A stretch of 64,000 nt of DNA from a virus. Location of the stretch: the IMG/VR virus record IMGVR_UViG_3300035182_002586, positions 427,585 to 491,584 of that record; one strand, written 5' to 3'. The notes beneath the pieces were generated by a model. The model was not told where the DNA came from. It did not search any database and saw only the letters and a program-made list of their open reading frames with translations. Of this stretch, positions 1-9,212 are shown in pieces (positions within the stretch are counted from its first letter, which is position 1; the number at the start of each line of letters is the position of its first letter). Position numbers and translations under genes: made by a program.

Positions 1-215
1 GCGTAGAACACGACCGTCTTGCCGCTGAGGCGGCCGTTCAGGAAGTAGAGAACGACCTGAACCTTGTGGCTGTAGTCGGCGCCGAGGGGCGTGATCGACT
101 TGATCTGCGCCGTCGTCCCCTTGACGACATCGCGGCCGTTGCAGCCCTTCTCGATGCGGACGCGGGCGCCAGCGGTGAGAGCGGGGAGGGCGGGGGTGGT
201 CGTCGTGGTGGTCAT
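1..215 (-). CDS. hypothetical protein (N-terminal part; gene continues beyond window edge)
   Basis: reverse-complement full start motif (GATGGATCG..GTTGTAGAGGGAAC) at ~216-252 ends on cat 213-215; N-term MTTTTTTPALPALTAGARVRIEKGC; absent from ORF track because no stop inside window. Confidence 0.5.
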   Translation of the reverse strand, partial: MTTTTTTPALPALTAGARVRIEKGCNGRDVVKGTTAQIKSITPLGADYSHKVQVVLYFLNGRLSGKTVVFY

Positions 216-269
216 GTTCCCTCTACAACGCGTGGGTGGGGACGATCCATCAGAGAAGAAGTACACCAA

Positions 270-677
270 TCAGATCCGGGACCACTTAGCCGAAGCCTCG
301 GGGCGGTCACCCTTGCGAAGCGCGTCACGGACGACTTCTGCGAACGCACGGGCCGAGGTACGCGACGAGAACCGACGCTTGCTGGACCAGCTACCGCCGA
401 GGAGGTCCTCGACCACGATGACGAACTCGTTCGAGATCGCCTGGACGTGGACGTAGTGGGTGGGGTAGCGACCCACGGTCGAGGCGCGCGCCATCTCGGC
501 GCCCACCGTCACGCGCTCCTGCTGCGCGGGAGTCATCGAGCGGTACTGGCTGCGGAGAGCCGCGAGGCGCTCGTTGTTCGCCTCGACCTCGCCGTCCGCC
601 GTCACGCCCTCGTAACCCTGGTGGTTCCAGATGAGGTCGTTGAGGTCCGCGTCCGAGAGCTTGGTGGAGGGGGCCAT
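270..677 (-). CDS. hypothetical protein 135 aa
   Basis: ORF track; reverse-complement full motif (GATGGATCG-N-GTTGTAGTAGGAGC-ATG) at ~678-715. Confidence 0.7.
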   Translation of the reverse strand: MAPSTKLSDADLNDLIWNHQGYEGVTADGEVEANNERLAALRSQYRSMTPAQQERVTVGAEMARASTVGRYPTHYVHVQAISNEFVIVVEDLLGGSWSSKRRFSSRTSARAFAEVVRDALRKGDRPEASAKWSRI

Positions 678-710
678 GCTCCTACTACAACGCGAGGCGC
701 GGCCGATCCA

Positions 711-1070
711 TCAGCCCTCGGGTGGATCTTCCTCCACCGAGCTGAAGTTCCCACTCAGGAGGGACGCCAGCTCTTTCATGGCGTCCAGCTTGTCTTCGAG
801 GCTACGGCGCGCGACCTGGAGCGCTTCGAGCTTCGCACTCTCCGCGTCCGCGATGTCCGCCTGGAGGCGAACCCGGTCGAGCCCGAGCTGAGGGCAGGAC
901 ACGAACCACACGTCTTTCTCGTGGATCCACCCGTGGATGCTGATGCGGAGACCCTTGTGCGCCACCTCCCACGCGTCCGCGCGGGCCTCACCCCGGCGCT
1001 GGCCGGGCATGTAGCTGTAGCTCGTCACGTCCTTCCACTCGGGCTTCGCCGGGGGTGGCGGGAGCGGCAC
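711..1070 (-). CDS. hypothetical protein, coiled-coil C-terminus
   Basis: ORF track; protein-like composition; start uncertain (no motif). Confidence 0.4.
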   Translation of the reverse strand: MPLPPPPAKPEWKDVTSYSYMPGQRRGEARADAWEVAHKGLRISIHGWIHEKDVWFVSCPQLGLDRVRLQADIADAESAKLEALQVARRSLEDKLDAMKELASLLSGNFSSVEEDPPEG

Positions 1071-1131
1071 GTTGATCGGGCGGGGGGGTCTTCTTGCGGG
1101 ACGCCAGGACTCAATCTCCAGAGGGGAAGAA

Positions 1132-1153
1132 GAGGGGGCGTTTCCGCCCCCTC
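1132..1153 (-). terminator. hairpin GAGGGGGCG-tttc-CGCCCCCTC between stop of 1161..1739 gene and next leftward gene
   Basis: perfect 9-bp GC stem, 4-nt loop, 8 nt past the stop codon on the minus strand. Confidence 0.45.
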
Positions 1154-1160
1154 GGGGATG

Positions 1161-1739
1161 TCAGGCGAGGACCGCCAGGGTGTCACCCACGCGGACGACG
1201 CTGCCGGCGCCGAAGACGGCGGCGAGAGCCTCCATGAGGGCCGGCTCGGACGAGACGGGCATCACGCGAGCCTTGCGCGCGCGGTCCCACGAGGCGCCCG
1301 CGATGCGGTAGCAGGCCGAGATGAACCGCTCGTTGTAGGGGGTCTTCACGACCAGGGTGTTGCCGTCGCGCTCGACCGAGAGGTCCGAGAGGCGCTTGGC
1401 CACGCGGTTCGCCAGCTTGGTGAAGCCGCAGGCAGCCACGGCGGCCGTCCAGCGGGCCACGTTCTCGCCCGTCTGCTTGAGCGCGATCCGGTGGACCAGG
1501 ACGTTCGCCGCGCGGCGGGCGTCACCCTCGACGATGGCCTTGGTGGCCTCGGGGACGTCGTACGCGAGAGCGAACGCTTCCTCAGGGTCCATGGCCGTCT
1601 GAGACTTGCTGAGGCCGTGACGCTTTGCACACTCAGGACCAACGCCACGTTCAACGGATTCTGCGTCAACAAGCTCTTTGCCGCAGCAGGCACAGTGAGT
1701 GGCCACGAGGATCGTCGCGGGAGCGTTTTCGTATGACAT
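1161..1739 (-). CDS. hypothetical zinc-ribbon protein 192 aa (HCACCG..GPEC)
   Basis: internal ATG of 1161..2060 ORF chosen because RC full motif (GATGGATC..GTTGTAGAGGGGGC-ATG) sits at ~1740-1785. Confidence 0.7.
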   Translation of the reverse strand: MSYENAPATILVATHCACCGKELVDAESVERGVGPECAKRHGLSKSQTAMDPEEAFALAYDVPEATKAIVEGDARRAANVLVHRIALKQTGENVARWTAAVAACGFTKLANRVAKRLSDLSVERDGNTLVVKTPYNERFISACYRIAGASWDRARKARVMPVSSEPALMEALAAVFGAGSVVRVGDTLAVLA

Positions 1740-1848
1740 GCCCCCTCTACAACAGGGGGAGCTAGAGATCCATCGGCATGGCGAACGATTTCCACGTGGG
1801 CCAAACACACGGGCGGCACGTACGCGGTCCAACACCAGTGTTGACGGG

Positions 1849-2151
1849 TCACCCCTTACAGAGGGTGTACCCCTTCTCCGGGGCCTTGGCCCTGAACTCC
1901 TCGTAGAAGCGGTCCGCCGCTTCCTTCCCGTCCCCATACGTGGGCCACGGGCGCCCCACGACACGCTGCGCCAGCACCTTCCCCATCGCCTCTCGGGTGC
2001 AGGTGTCCATCCCCCCAAGGAGGAGTTCCGACGCCACGGCCGGGTCCATGAGCAGCTCACGCGCCTGCTCGTCGGTGAGGTCGACCTCCATCCAGTCGTG
2101 GCACTCAGCGCGGGCAGCAGCGATGTCTTTGGGAGAGGGCTCGAAGGTCAT
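1849..2151 (-). CDS. hypothetical protein 100 aa
   Basis: ORF track; upstream GGTGTAGATCGAGGGC-ATG variant. Confidence 0.6.
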   Translation of the reverse strand: MTFEPSPKDIAAARAECHDWMEVDLTDEQARELLMDPAVASELLLGGMDTCTREAMGKVLAQRVVGRPWPTYGDGKEAADRFYEEFRAKAPEKGYTLCKG

Positions 2152-2171
2152 GCCCTCGATCTACACCGGGG

Positions 2172-2690
2172 TCACGACGCCGGAACGACGGTCGCGCGCA
2201 AGTCCAGGGTAGCTTCACGCAGCGCCCGGATGCGATCGAGCCCGGCTTCCTTTGACGCAGTGAGAGAGATCTGCGTCACGTTCGCCTTGCCCGCCTCGTA
2301 GTAGACGAAGCCCACGAGGCGTCGCATGGGATCGTCCGCTCGGTAGAGCTTCTTGCCTTCGAGGGCATCGAGGGCCTGAGCTACGTCGGAGGTTACTTCC
2401 GCGTCCGTCTTGCGCTCCATGAGCGTGTGGTTGCGGGTCGGGCGGTAGCAGCCCACCTCGACGACGTTCGGGACGACGAAGCCGAAGGGCATCCACTCGA
2501 AGGACGCGACCTCTTCCTGATCCCCCACCTGTCGGAAGCACATGTACCCGATCACGCCGTGTGTCGGGAGGTCCGCCGGGAGCTTCGTCCACCCCTCGGC
2601 GACGAGCTTGTCAGCGGCGGCCCTCATGGCTTCGTACGTTGGAAACGCCTTCTTGGCGGTCTCCGCGAGCGTCTGTTCGTAACTGTTCAT
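2172..2690 (-). CDS. hypothetical protein 172 aa
   Basis: ORF track; first gene of leftward block, divergent from 2826 gene. Confidence 0.6.
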   Translation of the reverse strand: MNSYEQTLAETAKKAFPTYEAMRAAADKLVAEGWTKLPADLPTHGVIGYMCFRQVGDQEEVASFEWMPFGFVVPNVVEVGCYRPTRNHTLMERKTDAEVTSDVAQALDALEGKKLYRADDPMRRLVGFVYYEAGKANVTQISLTASKEAGLDRIRALREATLDLRATVVPAS

Positions 2691-2788
2691 GTTGATGCGA
2701 TCCCCTTGTGATCAGGGGGTTCGCATCGAAAGAAATGTCTACCGCGCCCCGTTCCAACGCGGTTGGTGTATATCAAGCCGACCGAGCT

Positions 2789-2825
2789 GTGATGGATCAG
2801 AGCTACCCCCTGCGGTAGTAGGACC
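2789..2825 (+). promoter_or_regulatory. composite start-associated motif TGATGGATCA-N15-GGTAGTAGGACC immediately before ATG 2826
   Basis: seen directly; same architecture as ~22 other sites. Confidence 0.7.
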
Positions 2826-4745
2826 ATGAGCGACAAGATCGTCCGTGCCACCATCGACCCCGGCAGAGGGGAGGTCGTCGAGAACGATGACGGCCCGAAG
2901 GTTGGCCAGTGGTTCCACGTCAACGGCACGGACTGGCGGGGCAAGAAGACTCGCTGGCTGGCCTGCTGCATTCACATCGGCACGAACTACGCCCTGCTGG
3001 AGAGCGTGGGACGCGGGGAAACCCGCGTCCACTTGGACGAGTTCTGGAAGACCTGCGAGCCCGTCGAGAACCCGGACGAGATCATCGACGGGGCCGTCTT
3101 GAAGCACCGGAAGGAAATCGCGCGGCTCATGGGCCGCGTCCGGGAGATCACCGCGCGGTTGGGGGTGGGGGACACCCCCGCCCTGACCGGAGGGTCCGAA
3201 GAGACCAGCGCCCTCGCGCTCCGGACCGACGAGCCCGTCAAGGAGTACAAGACGGCCCTCGTCAAGGCGAAGGACGAAGACCTCCCGAAGCTCTTCGAGA
3301 AGATCAAGGACGAGAGCAAGTCGCTGTCGCACTGGATGTCGGCGAAGCTCATCCCGCTCGAAGCCGAGGCCAAGTCCCTGGAGGGGAGCCTCAACGCCAT
3401 CAAGCGCCGCATCTTCTCCGTCGAGCTGTACGCGGGCCTGACCGAGGATGTCGTCGAAGTCCTCGACGGGGAGCCGGCCCCGACCGACACGAAGATCCAC
3501 CTGATGCAGCGTCGCTGCTACATGGACGAGGAGTGCCTCGTTCAGTACGAGATCGGGGGGATGAGCTTCGACAGCATCGAGGAGTTCGATGCTTGGCTGG
3601 CACGCCCGGCCAACTTCCAGCGGATCTTGCCCTTCCCGCGAACGGTCGTGGCGTTCCGCGTCCGCCGCACGATGAAGGACCGTGAGGTTCTCACGCTCAG
3701 GGACTTCTTCGAGTTCGCTTTCGAGTCTTCGGCGAACAAGAAGACGTTCATCTACATCCGCAACGGCGGGCGCCTGTACCGCCTGTCGACGGGCATCGAG
3801 TTCGACGAGCAGCTCTTCCCGGACCTCGACGCGCAGATCCTCGCGACCGGTAAGGTCTACGCGAAGATGTTCGCGAACCGCGTGGACCGTCTCGCGTCCG
3901 AGGGAGAGTACCTCGAACTCCTCAAGCATGAGGCCGAGCAGAAGCGCCTGTACGAAGCAGCGGACGAGAAGGATAAGTGGCGGTACAGCCACAGCTTTCA
4001 CGACTCGGATCGCTACGTCGCGTACACGCCGGAGTCCGTCTACTACGACGACATCTCCAAGTACATCGCCGAAGAGATGGCGCGCCACAACCGCCTCGTC
4101 CTCGTGCTCCAGGGGCTCCTTGACCGGTCCCCGGTGATGCACCCCCACCCGCCGTGGCAGCTCTGGACGCACGAGGGCTTCACGTCCGCCCTCCAGCTCG
4201 TCTACGACAACGCCCGAGCCCTCGTGGCCGGGGACAAGCCCGACTTCGAGGCGTACCGCGCCCGGCTGAACGCCTCGTTGAAGGTGGGGTCGATCACGGT
4301 TGGCCAGGAAGTCATGTGGGAGATGGCCGAGGCCGAGAAGGAAACGGAGCGTCGGCGCCAGAGTTCTCGCGGACGCTCCTCCGACTACGAGTTGAAGCGC
4401 TACCGGCCCTACGGCAACCCGGGCCCCGGAACGCTCGCGAAGGTCACGAAGATCGCCCCCCGTGCGAAGACCTGCACGTACGAGTGGGATCGCCAGCGCC
4501 GCACCTACGACCGGTGGGATCGCAACCCGGCGCCCGTGCACGTGACCCATACGGCACCCTTCGACGCGATCCTGAACGTCGACGCGTACAAGCCGGGAGA
4601 CTTCAAGCAGTTCTACGACGATCCCCGGACGCGTGCGGAGTACCTGGAGTGGGCGCCCCTTCTGCTCGTGGCCGAGGAGTACCACGCGGGCTGCCGCGAT
4701 GTTGGACTGCCGCAGGGCAAGAGGAAGAAGGACGAGGATGAGTGA
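2826..4745 (+). CDS. hypothetical protein 639 aa
   Basis: ORF track; full motif upstream; antisense 2739..4685 ORF rejected. Confidence 0.8.
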   Translation: MSDKIVRATIDPGRGEVVENDDGPKVGQWFHVNGTDWRGKKTRWLACCIHIGTNYALLESVGRGETRVHLDEFWKTCEPVENPDEIIDGAVLKHRKEIARLMGRVREITARLGVGDTPALTGGSEETSALALRTDEPVKEYKTALVKAKDEDLPKLFEKIKDESKSLSHWMSAKLIPLEAEAKSLEGSLNAIKRRIFSVELYAGLTEDVVEVLDGEPAPTDTKIHLMQRRCYMDEECLVQYEIGGMSFDSIEEFDAWLARPANFQRILPFPRTVVAFRVRRTMKDREVLTLRDFFEFAFESSANKKTFIYIRNGGRLYRLSTGIEFDEQLFPDLDAQILATGKVYAKMFANRVDRLASEGEYLELLKHEAEQKRLYEAADEKDKWRYSHSFHDSDRYVAYTPESVYYDDISKYIAEEMARHNRLVLVLQGLLDRSPVMHPHPPWQLWTHEGFTSALQLVYDNARALVAGDKPDFEAYRARLNASLKVGSITVGQEVMWEMAEAEKETERRRQSSRGRSSDYELKRYRPYGNPGPGTLAKVTKIAPRAKTCTYEWDRQRRTYDRWDRNPAPVHVTHTAPFDAILNVDAYKPGDFKQFYDDPRTRAEYLEWAPLLLVAEEYHAGCRDVGLPQGKRKKDEDE

Positions 4746-5095
4746 TCCGCACGGGTTGTATCCTTACCCCTCGGGGCCCGAACGATGGGCTCCGGGTCTC
4801 GGTAATGAGCCGGCACACGCTCCAGGACGGTGTGACACCCGACCCACGCATCGTGGCGTTCGACGCGTGGTGGCAGGACCTCGCCCCGCCCCCGAAGCTT
4901 GTCGGCGCATATTACAAGCGCGGGCTCCCGTGGGCGGAGTTCGAGGCAGCCTACAAGGACCACCTGCGAGGGCTGGCGTTCGTGGAGAAGCTCCTGGAAG
5001 CCTCCCAGCGCCCCGTGGTCCCCCACCTGGAAGTACCCCCCAGCAGCGGCCGACACCGAACGGCCCGCCGTTGCATACCGAAGCGCCACACGTAG
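4742..5095 (+). CDS. DUF488-like protein (truncated or diverged)
   Basis: GTGA overlap with upstream stop; DAWWQDLAPPPKL..WAEFEAAYKDHL resembles DUF488/YeaO core; lacks usual C-terminal part. Confidence 0.4.
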   Translation: MIRTGCILTPRGPNDGLRVSVMSRHTLQDGVTPDPRIVAFDAWWQDLAPPPKLVGAYYKRGLPWAEFEAAYKDHLRGLAFVEKLLEASQRPVVPHLEVPPSSGRHRTARRCIPKRHT

Positions 5096-5204
5096 GACCT
5101 GTTCAGGGTCGTTCTTCACGTAGACCCCTACCGATAAGCAGACTTGCAAAGCCCCGGAGCCCGACGCACACTGGAAGTACAACCCCTGTCTCTTCGGGGT
5201 CAGG

Positions 5205-5247
5205 GTAAGGGTCGCGGCCGATACACGGTCGGGGCCCTTGGTTTTTC
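5205..5247 (+). terminator. GC-rich imperfect hairpin followed by TTGGTTTTT between convergent genes
   Basis: ggccgatacacggtcggggcc then T5 run overlapping stop of 5246 gene. Confidence 0.35.
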
Positions 5248-5608
5248 AGCACAACGCGTTGATCGCGTCGATGTGAGCTAGGATCTCCGTCAGGTGCACG
5301 GGCAAAGAGACTCGGCGGCGTCCGTAGAGGAACGCCGCCAAGCTCGCGTCGTTCGGAGCGTTGTCGAGGAACACGTAGCGCGCGGCCAGCGCCGGGTGTG
5401 CAAGGGGAACGGCTTGCATGAGAAGCTGCTCCGCGGTCATGTCCGGAAGGTGCACGCCACAGATGGCTGCGTTGAACCCTCCTGCCAGTAGGGTCGGGAT
5501 CGCTGCCGCGCCGGTGTCGAAGCTGTCGACCTCGTACCCCTCACCAGAGAAAACCTCTGCGAGGATCTTGAGTACAACTGTGTCGGGGTAGATCAGCGCG
5601 ACTCGCAC
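5246..5608 (-). CDS. CheY-like receiver (REC) domain protein, atypical acidic pocket
   Basis: GTG start after AGGAGG-5nt; VRVALIYPDT..AAICGVHLPDMTAEQL..YVFLDNAP follows the b1-a1-b2-b3(D)-b4 REC pattern; N-terminal extension of the ORF-track entry is off-gene. Confidence 0.45.
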   Translation of the reverse strand: MRVALIYPDTVVLKILAEVFSGEGYEVDSFDTGAAAIPTLLAGGFNAAICGVHLPDMTAEQLLMQAVPLAHPALAARYVFLDNAPNDASLAAFLYGRRRVSLPVHLTEILAHIDAINALC

Positions 5609-5659
5609 CCTCGCCTCCTGATGCTCTCGCGCCGTTCGCGTCGGTGTACTTCCTTGATC

Positions 5660-6262
5660 ATGACAACGAAGGAATCGCGGGACGACAGCTCCGCCGTACC
5701 GGGGTCCATCGAAGCTCGACTCTTGGATGCCGAAGCACGAGCCAAGGCCATCACCGAAGAGATCCGCGCACTTTACCGTGAGTCGCGAGCTGCGGCGGAG
5801 GCCGACAAGGCCAACGCAGACGACTACACAGCGGAGGTGCTGGAGAGGGGCTACCAGGTCGGCGCTCCTCAACCTCTCCCTACGCCGTGGGAGGTCCACC
5901 GCATTGAGGCGCCCGCTGGCCGACCCATCGAGGTCAACGAGCGTCGAGGCGGGAAGTTCGTCCGCGTTCGTCCGTGTGGACCCGAGTTCGCCGGCAAGAC
6001 GTACCTTGGGGTCTACCTTGGGGACATGGCCCTGTCCGTGGGGATCAACTTCCACACGGAGACCCGCACCGCCCACATCCGGTGGGGGTCGCACAACCCC
6101 GCCATCTTCGTGCCCGACCTCGGGCGCATCGTGCTAGGCGCCGAGTCGTGGTGGGGGCTGATCAAGTCGCCGGAGGACTTGCAGACGATCTCGGACCTCG
6201 ACATCCAGTCGGTCTGGTACGTCCGCGCACTTCAAGCACTCTCTCCGGACAAGAAAGAGTGA
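5660..6262 (+). CDS. hypothetical protein 200 aa
   Basis: ATG preceded by GGTGTACTTCCTTGATC variant; ORF-track frame. Confidence 0.6.
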   Translation: MTTKESRDDSSAVPGSIEARLLDAEARAKAITEEIRALYRESRAAAEADKANADDYTAEVLERGYQVGAPQPLPTPWEVHRIEAPAGRPIEVNERRGGKFVRVRPCGPEFAGKTYLGVYLGDMALSVGINFHTETRTAHIRWGSHNPAIFVPDLGRIVLGAESWWGLIKSPEDLQTISDLDIQSVWYVRALQALSPDKKE

Positions 6263-6435
6263 CGCGCAGGGTCATCATCGACAGCCGCATGCTCTGGACG
6301 GCCGGACGCCCAGCCCTGCTGAGGCTAGCGCGCTGGCTCAACGTTCCCTTCGACCCGTGCGAGTGCATGTGCTGCCACGCGTTGCTCGTAGAGAGCGTCC
6401 GAAAGCGGATGGACGAGAATGCAGCCAGTCTGTAG
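6259..6435 (+). CDS. hypothetical small Cys-containing protein 58 aa
   Basis: GTGA overlap with stop of previous gene; tail of 5974..6435 frame. Confidence 0.3.
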   Translation: MTRRVIIDSRMLWTAGRPALLRLARWLNVPFDPCECMCCHALLVESVRKRMDENAASL

Positions 6436-6911
6436 CGAGCAGGAAGAGGACGACTCGTTGGATGGGGTGTCCCTCTTCGAGGGGGAAACGCTCCGTATTT
6501 TGTGGCCCGACGGAACCCTAGAAGAACGGGACACCCACATCCGAGAAACCCCCACCAAGGGAAGGGGGGACCAGGTACAGGGCCTTCGTGGAGGAGGTTT
6601 TACGTGGCGTCACCGTCGAGGTCCCCTTGCATGGGGTCAAGGCGGAACGGGTTCACCCCCCGAAGTTCCGGGTTGGGGATGTGGTGCACACCATCAACAG
6701 CTCGGACCGCCTCGCTGGAAACACCCTCTGCATCACACAGATGGAGTGGGACGACCCGTGGAGGGTCGTTACCCGGCCCCTCTTCACCACGACGGGTTAC
6801 TTCGTGTCGCACTTCACGGAGGAGGAACTCCGCGAAGGGCCCGACCCTAGAGAGCCCACCCCCTTCGCGGTCATCGCGGAAGACGGGAAAGTTGCCTACC
6901 GGCAGCTCTAG
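6419..6911 (+). CDS. hypothetical protein with apparent +1 frame change (6419-~6570 in one frame, 6588-6911 in next); possibly pseudogene, slippage or sequencing error at G6 run
   Basis: both segments look coding; first frame becomes low-complexity after ~6570; G6 run at ~6564-6569. Confidence 0.35.
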
Positions 6912-6942
6912 CGTGTGACACCTACTTATGCGGGGGATTCAG

Positions 6943-7503
6943 ATGGAGGCTCCACCCATGTACAGGTACGACCACCGCACCGTCACCGCAGACCGCTCGA
7001 CGCAGGAAGGGCTAATGCGCCTGCACGACACGGTGCCGTACACGTATTTCCTGATGTCGAAGGACTTCACGGGGGTCCTGGACAAGCTCTCGCACCAGGC
7101 GCACTCGATCGCGGACCGCGCGGACGCCATCGCCGACGGGCGCAAGGGCGACACGGCGGACCTCTGCAACAAGATGCTGGACGTCCTCTCCAAGTCGATC
7201 GATCCCTTCCGCAAGTGGGGCCCGGCGCACGAACACGAGTGCGCAGCGATCCACGGGATCGACCGCATGAAGGACGTGTACCGCGAGATGATGAACCTCG
7301 GGCACGTCTACAAGAAGCTCGACCTGGTTCATCGCCAGGTCTACATGGCGGCCAAGGAGCCGCCCGCCAAGGCCGCAGAGGTGCTCGGCCAGGCGGCGAT
7401 CGAGGTCTCCACCGCGCACTCGATCCTCAAGCAGCTCCACCACGCCTGGAAGGCGTACCTGGCGATGCCCTTCGTCGACCCGGGCGGTTCCACGAACTTC
7501 TGA
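6943..7503 (+). CDS. hypothetical protein 186 aa
   Basis: ORF track; GGGGGA-6nt-ATG. Confidence 0.7.
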   Translation: MEAPPMYRYDHRTVTADRSTQEGLMRLHDTVPYTYFLMSKDFTGVLDKLSHQAHSIADRADAIADGRKGDTADLCNKMLDVLSKSIDPFRKWGPAHEHECAAIHGIDRMKDVYREMMNLGHVYKKLDLVHRQVYMAAKEPPAKAAEVLGQAAIEVSTAHSILKQLHHAWKAYLAMPFVDPGGSTNF

Positions 7504-7509
7504 GCAGAG

Positions 7510-7743
7510 CTAGACCGGATCCTCGTCAGCAATCCGCTCCCACAGCGTCTTGATCATCCCATCGGAGAGGTCGACGCGTGGGAGCAAGGGCTTCTCTCCG
7601 CCTTCGAGCTGCACGTAGTGGGCATCGAAGAGCCCGCCGACACGGCTCGTCACAACACCCGTCTGCCCTGCATGCTGGCCACCCGTGATGCGCACTCGCG
7701 TACCCACAGGAAAGCCCTCTGGTATCTCTCTGCCCGGCATCAT
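7510..7743 (-). CDS. small KOW-like protein 77 aa
   Basis: VGTRVRITGGQHAGQTGVV resembles KOW motif; GGTACACCGGAGG upstream. Confidence 0.5.
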   Translation of the reverse strand: MMPGREIPEGFPVGTRVRITGGQHAGQTGVVTSRVGGLFDAHYVQLEGGEKPLLPRVDLSDGMIKTLWERIADEDPV

Positions 7744-7798
7744 CGTCACTGCCTCCGGTGTACCCATACCACACACCAAGTAGATCCTCGGAGGCCAC

Positions 7799-8599
7799 GT
7801 GATCACGTCGTGTCTCGCTACTGCCGGGTATGCCGCCAAGTTGCCCGCGCTCAAGGACCGCACGTTCACGTTCGGTCCCGGCCTCATCATTCTCTTCGGG
7901 CAGAACGGCTCGGGGAAGTCGACGTTACTGTCCATTCTCGCGAGCTACTCGGGGTGCTGGGAAGCTGGATGGACAGCGTTCTCTTCCAACTATGTGGGCT
8001 TCAACGACGCCCCGTTCCCGCACAGGCTCGCTACCCGTGGGAACCAAGCAGAGGTCGCGTGGGACGGCACCCCGAGCTTCTACAGCACGGGGCCCGAGTC
8101 CGGGCAGTCGGGGTTCAACAACGCCCTCGAAGACGGTGGTGAGGACGCGGACAACTACCTCCGGAGCCTCCTGGCTCCTGGTTCGGCAGGCCAAGGCCAG
8201 ATCCAGTGGCTCAATCAGATGGAGAAGAAGCTCTCCGCGCCTCCGGATCTTCTCCGGGAAGACGGGACTCTACGCATACGTGGTCACGGTGAGGTCGAGA
8301 GGTCGAGCGTCAATAGCCTGTGGGGGGAGGCCATCGACGGCTTCCAGTCACACATCCGGTCGCTGCCCCACACGGGACCCGTGACGGTCCTTCTCGACGA
8401 ACCCGACGCACACATGTCGCTGCCGAACCAGCACACCCTCTGGACGAAGGCCATCCCGCGCCTCTCCGTTGGGCGACAGGTCATCGTCGCCACGCACAGC
8501 GCATTCGCCCTATGCGCCCCGGACGCGACCATCATCGACCTCCAGCCGGGGTACGAGGATCGGTGCCGGAAGGTTCTTCGGGCTCTTCGCGAAGTCTGA
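7799..8599 (+). CDS. SMC/ABC-type (AAA_21-like) ATPase 266 aa
   Basis: Walker A GQNGSGKST, signature-like SAGQGQ, Walker B VLLDEPDAHM, H-loop ATHS; GGAGG-5nt-GTG. Confidence 0.75.
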   Translation: MITSCLATAGYAAKLPALKDRTFTFGPGLIILFGQNGSGKSTLLSILASYSGCWEAGWTAFSSNYVGFNDAPFPHRLATRGNQAEVAWDGTPSFYSTGPESGQSGFNNALEDGGEDADNYLRSLLAPGSAGQGQIQWLNQMEKKLSAPPDLLREDGTLRIRGHGEVERSSVNSLWGEAIDGFQSHIRSLPHTGPVTVLLDEPDAHMSLPNQHTLWTKAIPRLSVGRQVIVATHSAFALCAPDATIIDLQPGYEDRCRKVLRALREV

Positions 8600-8633
8600 T
8601 GGATCGCTCCCCGCCTCGCATTGTAGGAGGGAC
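8597..8633 (+). promoter_or_regulatory. composite start motif; its TGA is the stop codon of the ATPase gene
   Basis: TGATGGATCG-N15-TTGTAGGAGGGAC-ATG. Confidence 0.7.
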
Positions 8634-8981
8634 ATGGACACCAACACCACCCCCGCCGCCCCCGCTCTCGTCCGCTACCCCACCGACGGCCACACGCGTC
8701 CGCTGACGGTCGAGGACATCACGGTCGGGCTCGTGACCCGTTACGTCATGTCCGACGGCGCGGTCGATCACTTCTCCGATTCCGTCATCACGAGCGTGGA
8801 GAAGAACGAGCACGGCCTGCTCTGCAAGATCGCTCGCCCCTACCTGCGGGTGACGCCGGACGGCACGCCGGTCGTGAGCTTCGAGAGTTACGAGGCGTAC
8901 GCGCACCGACTCATCGAGCGCCACGTCGTGGTGATGTACTCGACGGGCAAGCCCGTGATCAACCTCGCGACGGAGAGCTGA
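8634..8981 (+). CDS. hypothetical protein 115 aa
   Basis: full motif; ORF-track frame. Confidence 0.7.
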   Translation: MDTNTTPAAPALVRYPTDGHTRPLTVEDITVGLVTRYVMSDGAVDHFSDSVITSVEKNEHGLLCKIARPYLRVTPDGTPVVSFESYEAYAHRLIERHVVVMYSTGKPVINLATES

Positions 8982-8983
8982 AC

Positions 8984-9211
8984 ATGGCGAACACCCAAGT
9001 CGTTCGCGCACACCGCCTCGTCTTCGCGGTGCGTGACTGGAAGAACAACGGCGCCCTCGTCCCGCTTCGGACCCCGGGCCGCGAACCCTGGCCCGCTACG
9101 TGGGTCCGACGGGTCCCCGCCCTCTACGCGCTACACTCGGCCAACCAGTCGAGCCCCGGACGGTTCGCGCTGGTCACCCTGGACCTCGACAAACCCTACG
9201 CCGACGCATGA
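8984..9211 (+). CDS. hypothetical protein 75 aa
   Basis: ORF track; tight spacing. Confidence 0.5.
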   Translation: MANTQVVRAHRLVFAVRDWKNNGALVPLRTPGREPWPATWVRRVPALYALHSANQSSPGRFALVTLDLDKPYADA

Positions 9212-9212
9212 G

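Noticed and set aside
66-1736. 556-aa ORF on the plus strand, and similar very long ORFs (2739..4685 -, 13072..14625 -, 30815..32773 +, 36095..36643 -, 49448..50581 -, 54763..56145 -)
   Set aside because: Arg/Gly/Pro/Ala-rich low-complexity translations typical of off-frame or antisense reading in high-GC DNA. They lie opposite well-formed genes whose starts are supported by the start-associated motif.
5095-5246. tRNA gene in the GC-rich intergenic stretch (also checked 28213-28530 and 43249-43353)
   Set aside because: No GTTCRANYC T-loop, acceptor/anticodon stem arrangement or CCA-proximal structure found by eye. The hairpins are better explained as terminators.
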